Assembly: GCA_964555645.1 (NCBI GenBank)
Contig: CAZKTA010000004.1
Span: 46,742 to 110,741 of the forward strand
From: an uncultured Verrucomicrobiota bacterium
GTDB taxonomy: Bacteria; Verrucomicrobiota; Verrucomicrobiia; Limisphaerales; DTLC01
Length of the DNA stretch: 64,000 bases
Direction of reading: 5' to 3'
In this document: positions 1-10,149 of the stretch, in pieces
Position numbering within the stretch: position 1 is the stretch's first letter
How the letters are laid out: each line of letters opens with the position of its first letter
Translations under genes and position numbers: made by a program
Notes under the pieces: generated by a model
What the model saw: the letters and a program-made list of their open reading frames with translations, nothing else
The model's database searches: none
Told to the model about the DNA's origin: nothing

Positions 1-565
<565 letters not shown>

Positions 566-658
566 TCAAGCTAAATCAGTAGCCAAAAAGTTTTGCCAGA
601 TACTAAAGACGGTTCAGGGCGAATGCAAGCATCCGAACTGTACCCACAAAAACCGGGC

Positions 659-687
659 TTGCCATGCGCATCGCCATGTGGCATTGT
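659..687 (+). promoter_or_regulatory. Putative sigma70-type promoter for the riboswitch-antiporter transcript
   Basis: TTGCCA (659-664), 17 bp, CATTGT (682-687) with an extended TG at 679-680. The predicted start near 694-695 coincides with the 5' end of the aptamer. Confidence 0.4.
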
Positions 688-694
688 ACGGCGC

Positions 695-776
695 GTCGGC
701 AATGGAGTTTGCCGACCCCGCGTGTATGCAATCGGGGTAAACCGCCTGAACCAGGTTCAGTGCTGATAACTCCTGC
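695..776 (+). ncRNA. Fluoride riboswitch (crcB motif)
   Basis: GGCAATGGAGTTTGCC...AAACCGC-CTGAAC/GTTCAG-TGCTGATAACTCCTGC matches the fluoride aptamer pattern. P1 is gtcggca/tgccgac, P2 is ctgaac/gttcag, and the pseudoknot is GGAGTT (704-709) with AACTCC (768-773). An extra hairpin accccg/cggggt occupies 715-738. Confidence 0.9.
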
Positions 777-782
777 CAAATA

Positions 783-807
783 ACCGCCATTGGCGGGTGT
801 TTTGTTT
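783..807 (+). terminator. Putative expression-platform hairpin (terminator or start-site sequestering) of the fluoride riboswitch
   Basis: Hairpin ccgcc-att-ggcgg followed by gtgttttgttt, immediately before the ATG at 808. Confidence 0.5.
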
Positions 808-2019
808 ATGCACGAGAACATCTGGTTCACAGCCGCGTTTTGGATGGGGTTGGCATTCGTTGCCAGCCTGGTTTCCATTCGGATTGGTATTTCGGTCGCG
901 CTTGTCGAGATTTTGGTCGGAATTGTGGTTGGCAATGTGCACACAGCCGACCATGTGCCGCTGCTTCACACGACCGAATGGACAAATTTTCTCGCCATGC
1001 TCGGCAGCGGCGTACTCACGTTTCTGGCCGGCACGGAAATTGACCCGAAATCGTTCCGGTCAAACCTGCGCGCCAGCTTGAGCATGGGCTTTCTGTCGTT
1101 TCTGTTGCCATTTTTGGGCGTTTGGTTTTTTGCGCAGTTTGTCCTCGGCTGGCCCCTGCGCCAGGCGTGGATTGCCGGTATCGCGCTTTCGACCACATCG
1201 GTTGCAGTTGTTTACGCGGTGATGATTGAAAGCCGGTTGAACGAAACGCCTCTGGGCAAATTGTTGTTGGCAGCGTGTTTCATCACAGACCTCGGCACCG
1301 TACTAGCGTTGGGAATTCTTTTTGCAGACTTCAACGTCTGGATGTTTGTGTTCGTCGCGGCCACAGCACTCGTGCTGTTCGCAGCACCGAAGTTGACCGA
1401 GCGACTCATCCGCCGTCTGGGCGCAACGCGCGTGAGCGAGCCTGAAGTGAAATTTCTTTTCCTTGTGCTGTTTTTCCTGGGCGGGCTGGCGTCATCCGCA
1501 AAGAGCGAAGCTGTGTTGCCAGCGTATTTGTTGGGCCTTGCCCTGGCTGGGGTGTTCCTGCGCGACAAAACCCTGGTGCTTCGTATGCGCTCGATTGCCT
1601 TTGCAATTTTCACGCCATTTTTCTTCATCAAGGCCGGACTGTATGTGTCGCTGCCGGCGCTGCTGAGTGCAACAGGCAGCGTGGCAGTGTTGCTTGCGCT
1701 GAAACTCATCACCAAATGCATCGGTGTATGGCCACTGTCGCGCGCGTTCCGCATGCGCACCCGCGAGGCCAACTACACCACGTTGCTCATGTCAACCGGC
1801 TTAACCTTCGGCACCATCTCGGCGCTGTTCGGCCTGCAAAACAAAATCATTAACCAGCAGCAATACTCGATTCTTGTCACCGTAGTAATTTTAAGTGCGA
1901 TTGTACCGACCATGATTGCGCAGAGGTTTTTCCAGCCTACGATTGAAAGCATGGATGAATGGGCAAAAATGTATGGTCAAGAACGATCCGGCACACACGG
2001 TAAATCGTTAGACGGTTAA
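808..2019 (+). CDS. Cation:proton antiporter, CPA2/NapA-Kef-like family
   Basis: About 13 hydrophobic segments, with motifs LTFLAGTEID, ALSTTSVAVV, AACFITD, FTPFFFIKAG and GLTFGTI. Likely start is ATG 808 (MHENIW); the ORF-track start at 790 lies in the riboswitch platform. Confidence 0.9.
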   Translation: MHENIWFTAAFWMGLAFVASLVSIRIGISVALVEILVGIVVGNVHTADHVPLLHTTEWTNFLAMLGSGVLTFLAGTEIDPKSFRSNLRASLSMGFLSFLLPFLGVWFFAQFVLGWPLRQAWIAGIALSTTSVAVVYAVMIESRLNETPLGKLLLAACFITDLGTVLALGILFADFNVWMFVFVAATALVLFAAPKLTERLIRRLGATRVSEPEVKFLFLVLFFLGGLASSAKSEAVLPAYLLGLALAGVFLRDKTLVLRMRSIAFAIFTPFFFIKAGLYVSLPALLSATGSVAVLLALKLITKCIGVWPLSRAFRMRTREANYTTLLMSTGLTFGTISALFGLQNKIINQQQYSILVTVVILSAIVPTMIAQRFFQPTIESMDEWAKMYGQERSGTHGKSLDG

Positions 2020-2084
2020 ACCGTCAAACCGGTGAACCAGTTCAACAATCCGATGGTCCCACGATTCAACGAAGCTACAAACCC

Positions 2085-2510
2085 ATGTTCACGAAAATAC
2101 TAGTTGGTTACGACGGTTCAAAAGGCGGGCAGGCAGCCTTGCGCCGCGCTGCAATGCTTGCCAAACAATACAATGCACAAATTACCGCGCTTTGGGTGCG
2201 TCCGCCACTGCCACGGCACGCGGATTTGCCGGGTGAACCCGAAGCCGAGGCCGAAGCTGCTGAGGAATTCTTCCAGCAACGGCAAAGGGAAGTGGCTGAA
2301 GTATCCATGCAACACGGCATAACCATCCAATGCGAAACACGACGCGGTCACCCGGCCAAGACAATTGTCAACTTCGCCAAAGAAGGCGGGTACGACCTGA
2401 TCGTGGTCGGCCACAGCGACCATTCGGAGTTGTGGGGCAGGTTGCTTGGCGACACCGCCGACCGTATCAGCGACCATGCCCACTGCAGTGTGCTGATTGT
2501 AAAAAGTTGA
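2085..2510 (+). CDS. Universal stress protein (UspA family)
   Basis: MFTKILVGYDGS...GHPAKTIV...DLIVVGHS...LLGDTADRISDHAHCSVLIVK is the USP fold signature. Confidence 0.95.
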   Translation: MFTKILVGYDGSKGGQAALRRAAMLAKQYNAQITALWVRPPLPRHADLPGEPEAEAEAAEEFFQQRQREVAEVSMQHGITIQCETRRGHPAKTIVNFAKEGGYDLIVVGHSDHSELWGRLLGDTADRISDHAHCSVLIVKS

Positions 2511-2821
2511 TCCGGCGGCAACTAGAGAAAACGTTTGGTTTTTTGCCTCCAGCAGCACTGCGCTAAACTACCCAATTAGCAAACTAAGTTTTTCCAGCTC
2601 TCGCCCCTGTAACTTGCCTTGCAAAAGGTATCTAAACAGCCATGTGTATCCGCTAGTGAAGTTGCATGCCGGTAGGGTCATAACACACCAGTGTCCCGAT
2701 GAAACGAGTGTATTTGCTCGCCGTGAAAGTTGCGTAATGTGCGCGTGTGGCTTCACTGCTAGTTGCAGAACCGGTTACGGCTGGTTAACGGCTGAGGCAC
2801 CCAGCCAAGTTCTGTTACTAG

Positions 2822-2920
2822 CAGGTTGTTGAAAAATTGGTGTTCTCGAAGAACGACCCTCACATATCTTGGCAACTTTGCAAAGTTTTTGTGGCCGTGA
2901 ATGACTTTTTCACCAGCCTG
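2822..2920. mobile_element. MITE-like miniature inverted-repeat element (99 bp)
   Basis: Terminal inverted repeats caggttgttgaaaaa (2822-2836) and tttttcaccagcctg (2906-2920), 13/15 match, flanked by CTAG and TTAA. No coding capacity. Confidence 0.55.
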
Positions 2921-3084
2921 TTAAGGCCGAGAACTGTCAAGTTGAACCCAATGGTCCAGCTCTGCTACAGCACTGATTCGTTTTGCTTTCCCAATCTGCT
3001 GATTGAAAGGTCAGGCGCAGCAAACTTGACACGAACATGGTGTGCCAGTACAAAACTATCGCAAAGGATAAAACTCAGCGAGCA

Positions 3085-4683
3085 ATGAACAAGACAGGCT
3101 TTCCCGGCAGTGTGCGAGCAGCACTCGTTTGCGTTGCAGCTACGGTTTCGGCCATTGGACTTGCACAGCAACAAGGCCATTTCAGCTACACTGTGGTTGA
3201 TGAACAAGCCATCATAACCGGATTCGATAAATCATACATAGGTGAAGTTAACATCCCCACAACACTTGGTGGTTACCCGGTGGTTGGTATTGGCGAGTCA
3301 GCTTTTGCATATTGCTCTGGGCTCAGTAAGGTCACAATCCCAAACGGTGTGATATGGATCGGCCCCGCTGGATTCTATTGCTGCAACACACTGACTAACG
3401 TTGTCCTGCCGGATAGCCTCACATCAATTGGGCAAGAAGCATTTGCGTATTGTGGTCTGCGGCATCTAACGATACCAAATGGCGTAACGAACATCGGGCC
3501 TCGTGCATTTTGGGCCTGCGGCAACCTTGTTGATGTTGCCTTTGGCAGTGGACTGAGCGCAATTGGTGACGCTGCGTTTGCCTTCTGCTCTGGTTTGCGG
3601 GAGGTTGTTATTCCTGACAACGTGATTGAGGTCGGTGCGTCGGCATTTTTGTGTTGCACCAGTTTAACCAATGCAACTGTAGGCAAAGGTGTTGCATCAC
3701 TCGGCAAAGGTGCTTTCTACGGTTGTTCGAGTTTGCTAGCAATTAACGTTGACCCGGCGAACTCCGCCTACAGCAGTCTCGACGGTGTCCTGTTCAACAA
3801 AGCAAAAACTTTGCTCATTCGATACCCAACCGCGCGCGCTGGGACTTATGCTGTTCCAGTAGGTGTGATTGAAATCGGGCCGGGTGCTTTTTTGAGCTGT
3901 GCAAACTTGACCGGTATCAGTTTCCCAAGTGGCCTATTGAACATTGGCGATAGCGCTTTCAGCGAATGCAACGCGCTGACTGATGTAACAATCCCACATA
4001 CCGTCACCGCATTAGGCGAATCGGCTTTTGAATATTGCTTTGGTCTGACTAATGTCACCATTGGAAACGGCCTTACCAATATCGGGCCGCGCGCGTTCAT
4101 TTCGTGCATTGAATTACGATCCGTCACGCTCGGCGCTAATGTGAGAACAATCGGTTGGTCAGCATTTAACGGTTGCACCAAACTCGGTCATATCGTGCTT
4201 GGCCACAGCCTCACAACTCTGGGGGATTACGCATTTTTATGGTGTACAAACCTAGTCCGGATTGTTTTGCCTAGAACACTGACCAGCGTCGGCACCAATG
4301 CATTCGCAGGATGCTCAAGCTTGGAACGTGTGTATTTCACTGGCAATGCCCCAACGCTTGTTGGCGACGATGTCTTCATGTTTTCGGACAATGTTACAGT
4401 GTATTACTTGCCCAACACGTTAGGTTGGGGGCCGACCTTTGCCGACCGGCCAGCACGATTGTGGAATCCAGTTTTTACCAGGATTAACCTCACCAATGGC
4501 CAGTTGCGTTTGACAGTGACAGGTACAGCAGGCATACCGATCGCACTTGAACTGGGCACGAATATCGTCGTGGGGCATTGGGAACACCGGCTCACCACAA
4601 ACCTTGTTGGCGGCCAGATTGACCTGGCCACGGCAGTTTTCCCAAATGCACAAGCTGGTTTTTGCCGGCTCGTCGGCCCATAA
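3085..4683 (+). CDS. Secreted BspA-type leucine-rich repeat (LRR_5) protein with a C-terminal beta domain
   Basis: Signal peptide (VRAALVCVAATVSAIGLA), about 14 repeats of consensus IPxxVTxIGxxAFxxCxxL, then VYFTGNAP...VYYLPNTLGW and a C-terminal domain ending GFCRLVGP. Start ATG 3085 preferred to 3037. Confidence 0.9.
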   Translation: MNKTGFPGSVRAALVCVAATVSAIGLAQQQGHFSYTVVDEQAIITGFDKSYIGEVNIPTTLGGYPVVGIGESAFAYCSGLSKVTIPNGVIWIGPAGFYCCNTLTNVVLPDSLTSIGQEAFAYCGLRHLTIPNGVTNIGPRAFWACGNLVDVAFGSGLSAIGDAAFAFCSGLREVVIPDNVIEVGASAFLCCTSLTNATVGKGVASLGKGAFYGCSSLLAINVDPANSAYSSLDGVLFNKAKTLLIRYPTARAGTYAVPVGVIEIGPGAFLSCANLTGISFPSGLLNIGDSAFSECNALTDVTIPHTVTALGESAFEYCFGLTNVTIGNGLTNIGPRAFISCIELRSVTLGANVRTIGWSAFNGCTKLGHIVLGHSLTTLGDYAFLWCTNLVRIVLPRTLTSVGTNAFAGCSSLERVYFTGNAPTLVGDDVFMFSDNVTVYYLPNTLGWGPTFADRPARLWNPVFTRINLTNGQLRLTVTGTAGIPIALELGTNIVVGHWEHRLTTNLVGGQIDLATAVFPNAQAGFCRLVGP

Positions 4684-4771
4684 AGTTTGATATAAACGCC
4701 TCGTAACCACACGCTCTCGGAACTAATTGCACTGCCACAACCGTTTGTGCGCGCGGCGCATTTTCGGCGCT

Positions 4772-5159
4772 GCGTTGCGTGCCCAGCCCGTTGAGAAAAC
4801 TTTCATCCTGCCGCCGCAGCTCGATGTCCTCCAGCCGCTGGCCGCCGCTCAAGATGTTGTAAGCGATGTTGAGCACATGATCGCTCTTGTGATAGGGCAG
4901 ATGCACCTTGAGCAACTACAGCTGCTGATCAAATCTCTTCGACAAGACCCAGGCCTTGCACAACCGTGTGCATCGCTCCCAGACCGCCGTAGTTGGTGGC
5001 GGCGACCTTGCCGCTCAGTTCGTAATGAATGTTGCGGGCGCTTATCATCGGCTGGGGTTGGTCCGGCCAATGGCGCACCGCCAAACGGCGTTGGATTCGG
5101 CGCTTGCGGTTGCGCAGGATTTTTGGGTAGGTTCGGCTCACTCGAAATGTCGTTTTCAT
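4772..5159 (-). pseudogene. IS1380-family transposase remnant (frameshift, nonsense codon, truncated)
   Basis: RNRKRRIQRRL...PMISARNIHYE...GGLGAMH, then after a +1 frameshift near 4931 DQQL*LLKVHLPYHKSDHVLNIAYNILSGGQRLEDIELRRQDESFLNGLGTQR. Similarity stops before the expected IPDPTT motif. Confidence 0.8.
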
Positions 5160-5346
5160 GGGTTGTGATCTGTTCTTTACAAAGCCATTTCAACCCATGA
5201 TTACCGGCATTTCGAGCTTTTTCATTCTGTTCGCAGAACTAAATCACGCTTGTTGAAGGACTAGTGCTTTGCACTTGCGATTTTTTGCAAGCACGTAAAT
5301 GTGTGCGTGACTCCAGCACCACAGAGACGTAAAGTGTAGCTCGGTT

Positions 5347-7593
5347 ATGCGCTCTGACACAATCAAAAAAGGTATCGAACGCGCCCCGCACCGCGCGTTG
5401 CTCCGTGCAACCGGCGCAATCGAGTCGGAGGCTGATTTCGATAAACCGTTTGTTGCAATTTGCTGTTCGCACACGGATTGCATCCCCGGACACGTCCACT
5501 TGGATGAAGTTGCAAAACTGCTGAAGAAATTTGTCCGGCAGTTCGGCGGCGTGCCATTTGTATTTCATACAATTGGTATTGACGACGGCATCGCAATGGG
5601 CCACTCGGGCATGAAATACTCGCTGCCATCGCGCGAGTTAATTGCCGATTGCGTCGAAAGCATGGTTAAAGCCCACTGTTTCGACGGCATGATTTGCGTG
5701 CCGAACTGCGACAAGATCATCCCCGGCATGCTCATGGCGGCCATGCGCGTGAACATACCGACCGTGTTTGTCAGTGGCGGGCCGATGGCAGCCGGTGTGT
5801 TGCAACGCGCACCCAAGCCGGGTGTGCCCGAGCCGCTTAGACCGGCAGGGGCGGCTTCGGACCTGATCTCGGTTTTTCAGGGTATAGGCAAGTTGCAAGC
5901 GGGCTCGATTAGCCCTGATGAACTTGCTAGGCTCGAACAGACATCTTGCCCGACCTGCGGATCGTGTTCCGGCATGTTCACGGCGAACTCGATGAACTGT
6001 CTGTGCGAGGCGCTTGGCATGGCATTGCCCGGCAATGGCACAATCTTGGCCACGTCAATTGAACGTGAGGCACTGTATGAATGGGCCGCGCGCCAGATAA
6101 TGCAATTGATCAACTTGGACCTCAAACCGCGTGACATCGCAACGCGCGATGCGTTCGACAATGCATTCACGCTGGACATGGCAATGGGCGGCTCGACAAA
6201 CACGATCCTGCACGGTTTGGCTATTGCAAGAGAAGCTGGCATCGAATACGACATTGGTAGGATCGACGCGTTATCCCGGCGCGTGCCATGTCTGTGCAAG
6301 GTGTCACCGTCTTCGTCGTATCATATACAGGATGTGCATCGTGCTGGTGGGATTCACACTATCCTTGGTGAACTTGCTCGGCTCGGTGTGATCAACACCG
6401 AATGCAAAACTGTTACAGGCAAGACAATCGGCCAAAACATAGCCGAGTGGGATGTGCGGGCCGGTACATGCACCGCATGGGCAAAAGTAGCCCAGGTGTC
6501 TGGGGCGTGTGTCCCACTTTCGCGTGACGGGGAAAACCTGAAAATGGCACTTAAACCTGTGTGGCTTGCCCCCGGCGACGAACGCGCGCTAACGTTGTGG
6601 CGGTTGGCTTGTGCAATAAACAGGTTGGCTTGGTCGGTTGCACAGGTGCTTTTCACCGATGGCGCAACAATCACACTCGACACCGGCGAAGCGCGCTCGG
6701 GCGCATCAAACCTGACCGACCTGTTGAAACAGATGGTCACAAATGTTTCCGGCTCTGTGCGTGCCGAGCTGCGCATTTTGCGCGGTGCACCTGCAGTGGT
6801 GTTCTGGCAATACAATGCCGAGGGCGGTGCGCCGAGTTTGTTTGCCACGCTTACACAGGTGAAGGTCCGGAACTGGCGGGTCGGGCGCGGCGCGCTCTCG
6901 ATGCGGCCGCGTTTGCCGGCAACAGATGAAACCGCAGGCGTCATCCCGTATGATGCTGCAGATGGTTTTGACCCGTTTGATTGTATTCGGACGTCTCAAA
7001 CGGCTTATTCGCCGGATGGCGGGCTAGCGATCTTATTCGGTCAGCTAGCACCTCAGGGTGCAGTGGTCAAAACAGCAGGCATAAGCGAGCAGTTTAAGGC
7101 GCTGTGCGGGCCGGCGTTTGTGTTTGAGGGACCGTGCGTCATCTTCGAAAGCCAGGAAGATGCGTGTGCGGGTATTCTTGCCGGTAAAGTGAAGCCTGGT
7201 GACGTGGTCGTGATCCGATACGAAGGTCCGCGTGGCGGCCCTGGGATGCAGGAAATGCTCTCGCCTACAAGTTACATCGTCGGCATGGGTTTAGGCGACA
7301 AGGTGGCACTAATCACGGACGGCCGATTCAGCGGCGGCACAGCCGGCGCATGCATCGGGCATGTGTCACCCGAAGCTGCTGAGGGCGGGCCCATTTGCCT
7401 GCTTAAGGATGGTGACAGGGTCCGTATAGATTTTCCCAATCGGCGCATTGACATACTGGTGCCTGCTGAAGAACTGGAGATGCGCCGGGCAAGCTGGCAA
7501 CCGATCAGCCGGCCCGTGTCAAGCTGGCTGGCTCGGTACCGTCGGCTCGTGACAAACGCAAGCCAGGGCGCAATCCTCAAATTACCCGACTGA
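5347..7593 (+). CDS. ilvD: Dihydroxy-acid dehydratase with a large internal insertion
   Basis: [80 protein letters not shown] and GHVSPEAA. 748 aa versus the usual roughly 560-620 aa. Confidence 0.96.
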   Translation: MRSDTIKKGIERAPHRALLRATGAIESEADFDKPFVAICCSHTDCIPGHVHLDEVAKLLKKFVRQFGGVPFVFHTIGIDDGIAMGHSGMKYSLPSRELIADCVESMVKAHCFDGMICVPNCDKIIPGMLMAAMRVNIPTVFVSGGPMAAGVLQRAPKPGVPEPLRPAGAASDLISVFQGIGKLQAGSISPDELARLEQTSCPTCGSCSGMFTANSMNCLCEALGMALPGNGTILATSIEREALYEWAARQIMQLINLDLKPRDIATRDAFDNAFTLDMAMGGSTNTILHGLAIAREAGIEYDIGRIDALSRRVPCLCKVSPSSSYHIQDVHRAGGIHTILGELARLGVINTECKTVTGKTIGQNIAEWDVRAGTCTAWAKVAQVSGACVPLSRDGENLKMALKPVWLAPGDERALTLWRLACAINRLAWSVAQVLFTDGATITLDTGEARSGASNLTDLLKQMVTNVSGSVRAELRILRGAPAVVFWQYNAEGGAPSLFATLTQVKVRNWRVGRGALSMRPRLPATDETAGVIPYDAADGFDPFDCIRTSQTAYSPDGGLAILFGQLAPQGAVVKTAGISEQFKALCGPAFVFEGPCVIFESQEDACAGILAGKVKPGDVVVIRYEGPRGGPGMQEMLSPTSYIVGMGLGDKVALITDGRFSGGTAGACIGHVSPEAAEGGPICLLKDGDRVRIDFPNRRIDILVPAEELEMRRASWQPISRPVSSWLARYRRLVTNASQGAILKLPD

Positions 7594-7701
7594 CTACCAC
7601 AAGCTCACGCCGCATAGAAGACCAGCACATTGCGCTGCACCTCATGTGCAAGTTGGGGTGTGCCTTTTGCTTTTCGACACCCCGATTACTAGCTGGCCAA
7701 T

Positions 7702-9951
7702 TCAACCCTGGCTCCTTTCAGTGGCCGACGATTCCGGCAAAGGCCGCTTTGCGAGATAATACTTCTGCGTGTATTCTTGTACCATGCGCCAAGTGTTAAA
7801 CCGTGGCACAATAGTCACAAATGCGCGTCGGATCTTTTGTAGCCAGCGGCGCGGGATGCCCTGTTCATCACGGTCGTAAAAGCACGGTATAACCTCCTCG
7901 GTCAACACGCGATACAAGTTCTCGGCGTCAATTTTGTCCTGTTCTTCGACTGACTCCACGTGTGTATCTTGGCCGATTGCGAAGCCGTTTGTGCCGTCGT
8001 ATGCCTCGCGCCACCAACCATCGAGTATGCTCAGGTTCAGACAACCGTTTAGTGCGGCTTTCATGCCGCTAGTGCCGCAGGCCTCGAGCGGCCGGCGCGG
8101 TGTGTTTAGCCACACATCACAGCCGGAGACCATCTGGCGCGCCACGTGCACATCGTAGTTTTCGATGAACACAAGATGCCCCTGCAACGGACTGAATTTG
8201 CTCAGGTGAATGATGTATTGAATGAACCGTTTGCCGTCGTAATCGCGCGGATGCGCTTTCCCGGCGAAGATGAATTGGATCGGCCGTTTTTTGTCGCGGG
8301 CAAGTTTTACGATGTTTTCAAGCTGGTGAAACACAAGCGGCGCGCGCTTGTACGTGGCGAACCTGCGGGCAAAGCCGATGGTAAGCGCGTCCGGGTTCAG
8401 CAGCGCGTCAAACCGGATGTAATCGCCGTACGTAGAGCCGTGTTGCTGGCGCAGCAATCGTCTTCGGGCAAACTCGATCAGTTCACGGCGCAGGTTATAC
8501 CTGAAGGCCCAAAGTTCTTCGTCGGAAACAAACTCAGGGTCGGCCAACCGTTCCCAGAACTCGGGCAAATTGATGAGCTGCTTCCATTCCGTGCGCAGTT
8601 GTGATTCGCGATCGGCATTGTCTTTTTCCGGGGGAGCACTTGATGCATTGTACCATTCGGCGAGCTTACGTTGCCAGAAACGTGCAACTGCGCCTTTCAT
8701 CCAACCCAAAACATGCACGCCGTTTGTGATGTGGCCGATGGGCACCTGTTCAACGGTCTTATCGGGCCAAAGACAATGCCACATACGCCGTGTCACGCGC
8801 TCATGCAGTTCACTGACTGCGTTTGCAGCGCCGGCAAGCCGCAGGCCGAACACCGTCATGCAAAACGGTTCGACAGGGTTTTTCGGTTCGACCCTGCCAA
8901 GCTCGACAAGCGCATGAAACGGTAGCTTCCACTCGGCGCAATACCTATGCAGTGCGTATTCGAGCAGCTCGATGCTGAACCTGTCATGGCCGGCTTCGAC
9001 CGGCGTGTGCGTTGTAAAGATGCATTTGTTGCGAACAGCCCGGATTGCATCATGAAAGTTCAGTCCTTCGGCGAGTTTTTCACGCAACAGTTCAAGCGCA
9101 ACAAATGTAGTGTGTCCTTCGTTGAGATGATACACCGTGGGGCGAATGCCCAATGCGCGTAGCAGCCGTACACCGCCTATGCCGAGCAATAGTTCCTGCA
9201 TCACCCGAGTTGTGCTGTCGCCGCCGTACACGTGCAGTGTCAGGTCACGGTAAAGTTGTTCATTTTCAGTTCGGTTTGTGTCCAACAGGTAAACCTGTGC
9301 GCGGCCAACATCAACCCGCCACGCGTGAAAGTCTGCTTTGCCCATCCCAAGCTCGACACTGCACACGAGCGGTTTACCGGTTGCATCCAGTACGGGCTGA
9401 ACCGGCAACGCAGCCGGGTTCAATACATTGTAGTATTCACTCTGCCAGTTGTTGGGGTCTATTGCCTGCTGGAAATACCCCTCACGATAAAAAAGGCTAA
9501 CACCAACAAACCCTAGCCCGAGGTCACTCGCCGAGCGCGTATGATCACCCGCAAGCACGCCTAAACCGCCTGCTGCAATTGGTAGGGTCTCGTGAAATCC
9601 GACCTCAGCTGAAAAGTACGCAACTGGGTTTGTCAAAAGCGCAGATGCATTTGTCTTTGCCCAAGTATCGGCCTGCTGCATGTACTGGTCGAATGCAGCA
9701 ACCACATTTCGCGCACGCATGGCTAACTCGGGTGTCTGAAGCCGCACACGCAGTTCGTACTCGGACACCTCGCGCAGCACCGCAACTGCATTGTGGTACA
9801 AGTTTTGCCAGCAACGCGGTGATAGCTCACGAAACAGTTCCTGCGCTTCGTAATCCCATGTCCACCACAGGTTCCGTGCAACCCTGTGGATGTTTTCCAC
9901 AAGACGGTTGACTTCTTCCCGCCCGAGCGGGATTAGTGCATTTCGTCCCAT
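7702..9951 (-). CDS. glgP: Alpha-glucan (glycogen/maltodextrin) phosphorylase
   Basis: YFSAEVG, GGLGVLAGD, HLNEGH, FTTHTPVEAGHD, TNGVH, ARRFATYKR, GKAHP and the PLP motif EACGTSGMKA. Confidence 0.95.
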   Translation of the reverse strand: MGRNALIPLGREEVNRLVENIHRVARNLWWTWDYEAQELFRELSPRCWQNLYHNAVAVLREVSEYELRVRLQTPELAMRARNVVAAFDQYMQQADTWAKTNASALLTNPVAYFSAEVGFHETLPIAAGGLGVLAGDHTRSASDLGLGFVGVSLFYREGYFQQAIDPNNWQSEYYNVLNPAALPVQPVLDATGKPLVCSVELGMGKADFHAWRVDVGRAQVYLLDTNRTENEQLYRDLTLHVYGGDSTTRVMQELLLGIGGVRLLRALGIRPTVYHLNEGHTTFVALELLREKLAEGLNFHDAIRAVRNKCIFTTHTPVEAGHDRFSIELLEYALHRYCAEWKLPFHALVELGRVEPKNPVEPFCMTVFGLRLAGAANAVSELHERVTRRMWHCLWPDKTVEQVPIGHITNGVHVLGWMKGAVARFWQRKLAEWYNASSAPPEKDNADRESQLRTEWKQLINLPEFWERLADPEFVSDEELWAFRYNLRRELIEFARRRLLRQQHGSTYGDYIRFDALLNPDALTIGFARRFATYKRAPLVFHQLENIVKLARDKKRPIQFIFAGKAHPRDYDGKRFIQYIIHLSKFSPLQGHLVFIENYDVHVARQMVSGCDVWLNTPRRPLEACGTSGMKAALNGCLNLSILDGWWREAYDGTNGFAIGQDTHVESVEEQDKIDAENLYRVLTEEVIPCFYDRDEQGIPRRWLQKIRRAFVTIVPRFNTWRMVQEYTQKYYLAKRPLPESSATERSQG

Positions 9952-10149
9952 ACATCACTAAAACCAACTCAAAAGCCCCAACTCGAACCTACGAGCGGGC
10001 AACGGGCAAGGACGGTAGTTGTACGTTGCGCGCACGGCAAATCATTTTTCATTGTGTCCTGGTTAACAAACTGCACAGTTGCTCGACTGCAAGTCCCGTG
10101 CCCGGGAAAGCCTGCTGGGTTTAGTTGGCCAATTCCAGCACAGTTTGGC

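Noticed and set aside
4592-4915. 107-aa ORF as a functional transposase
   Set aside because: Only the first ~48 aa match IS1380. The rest runs antisense into the LRR gene, and an upstream in-frame stop is present.
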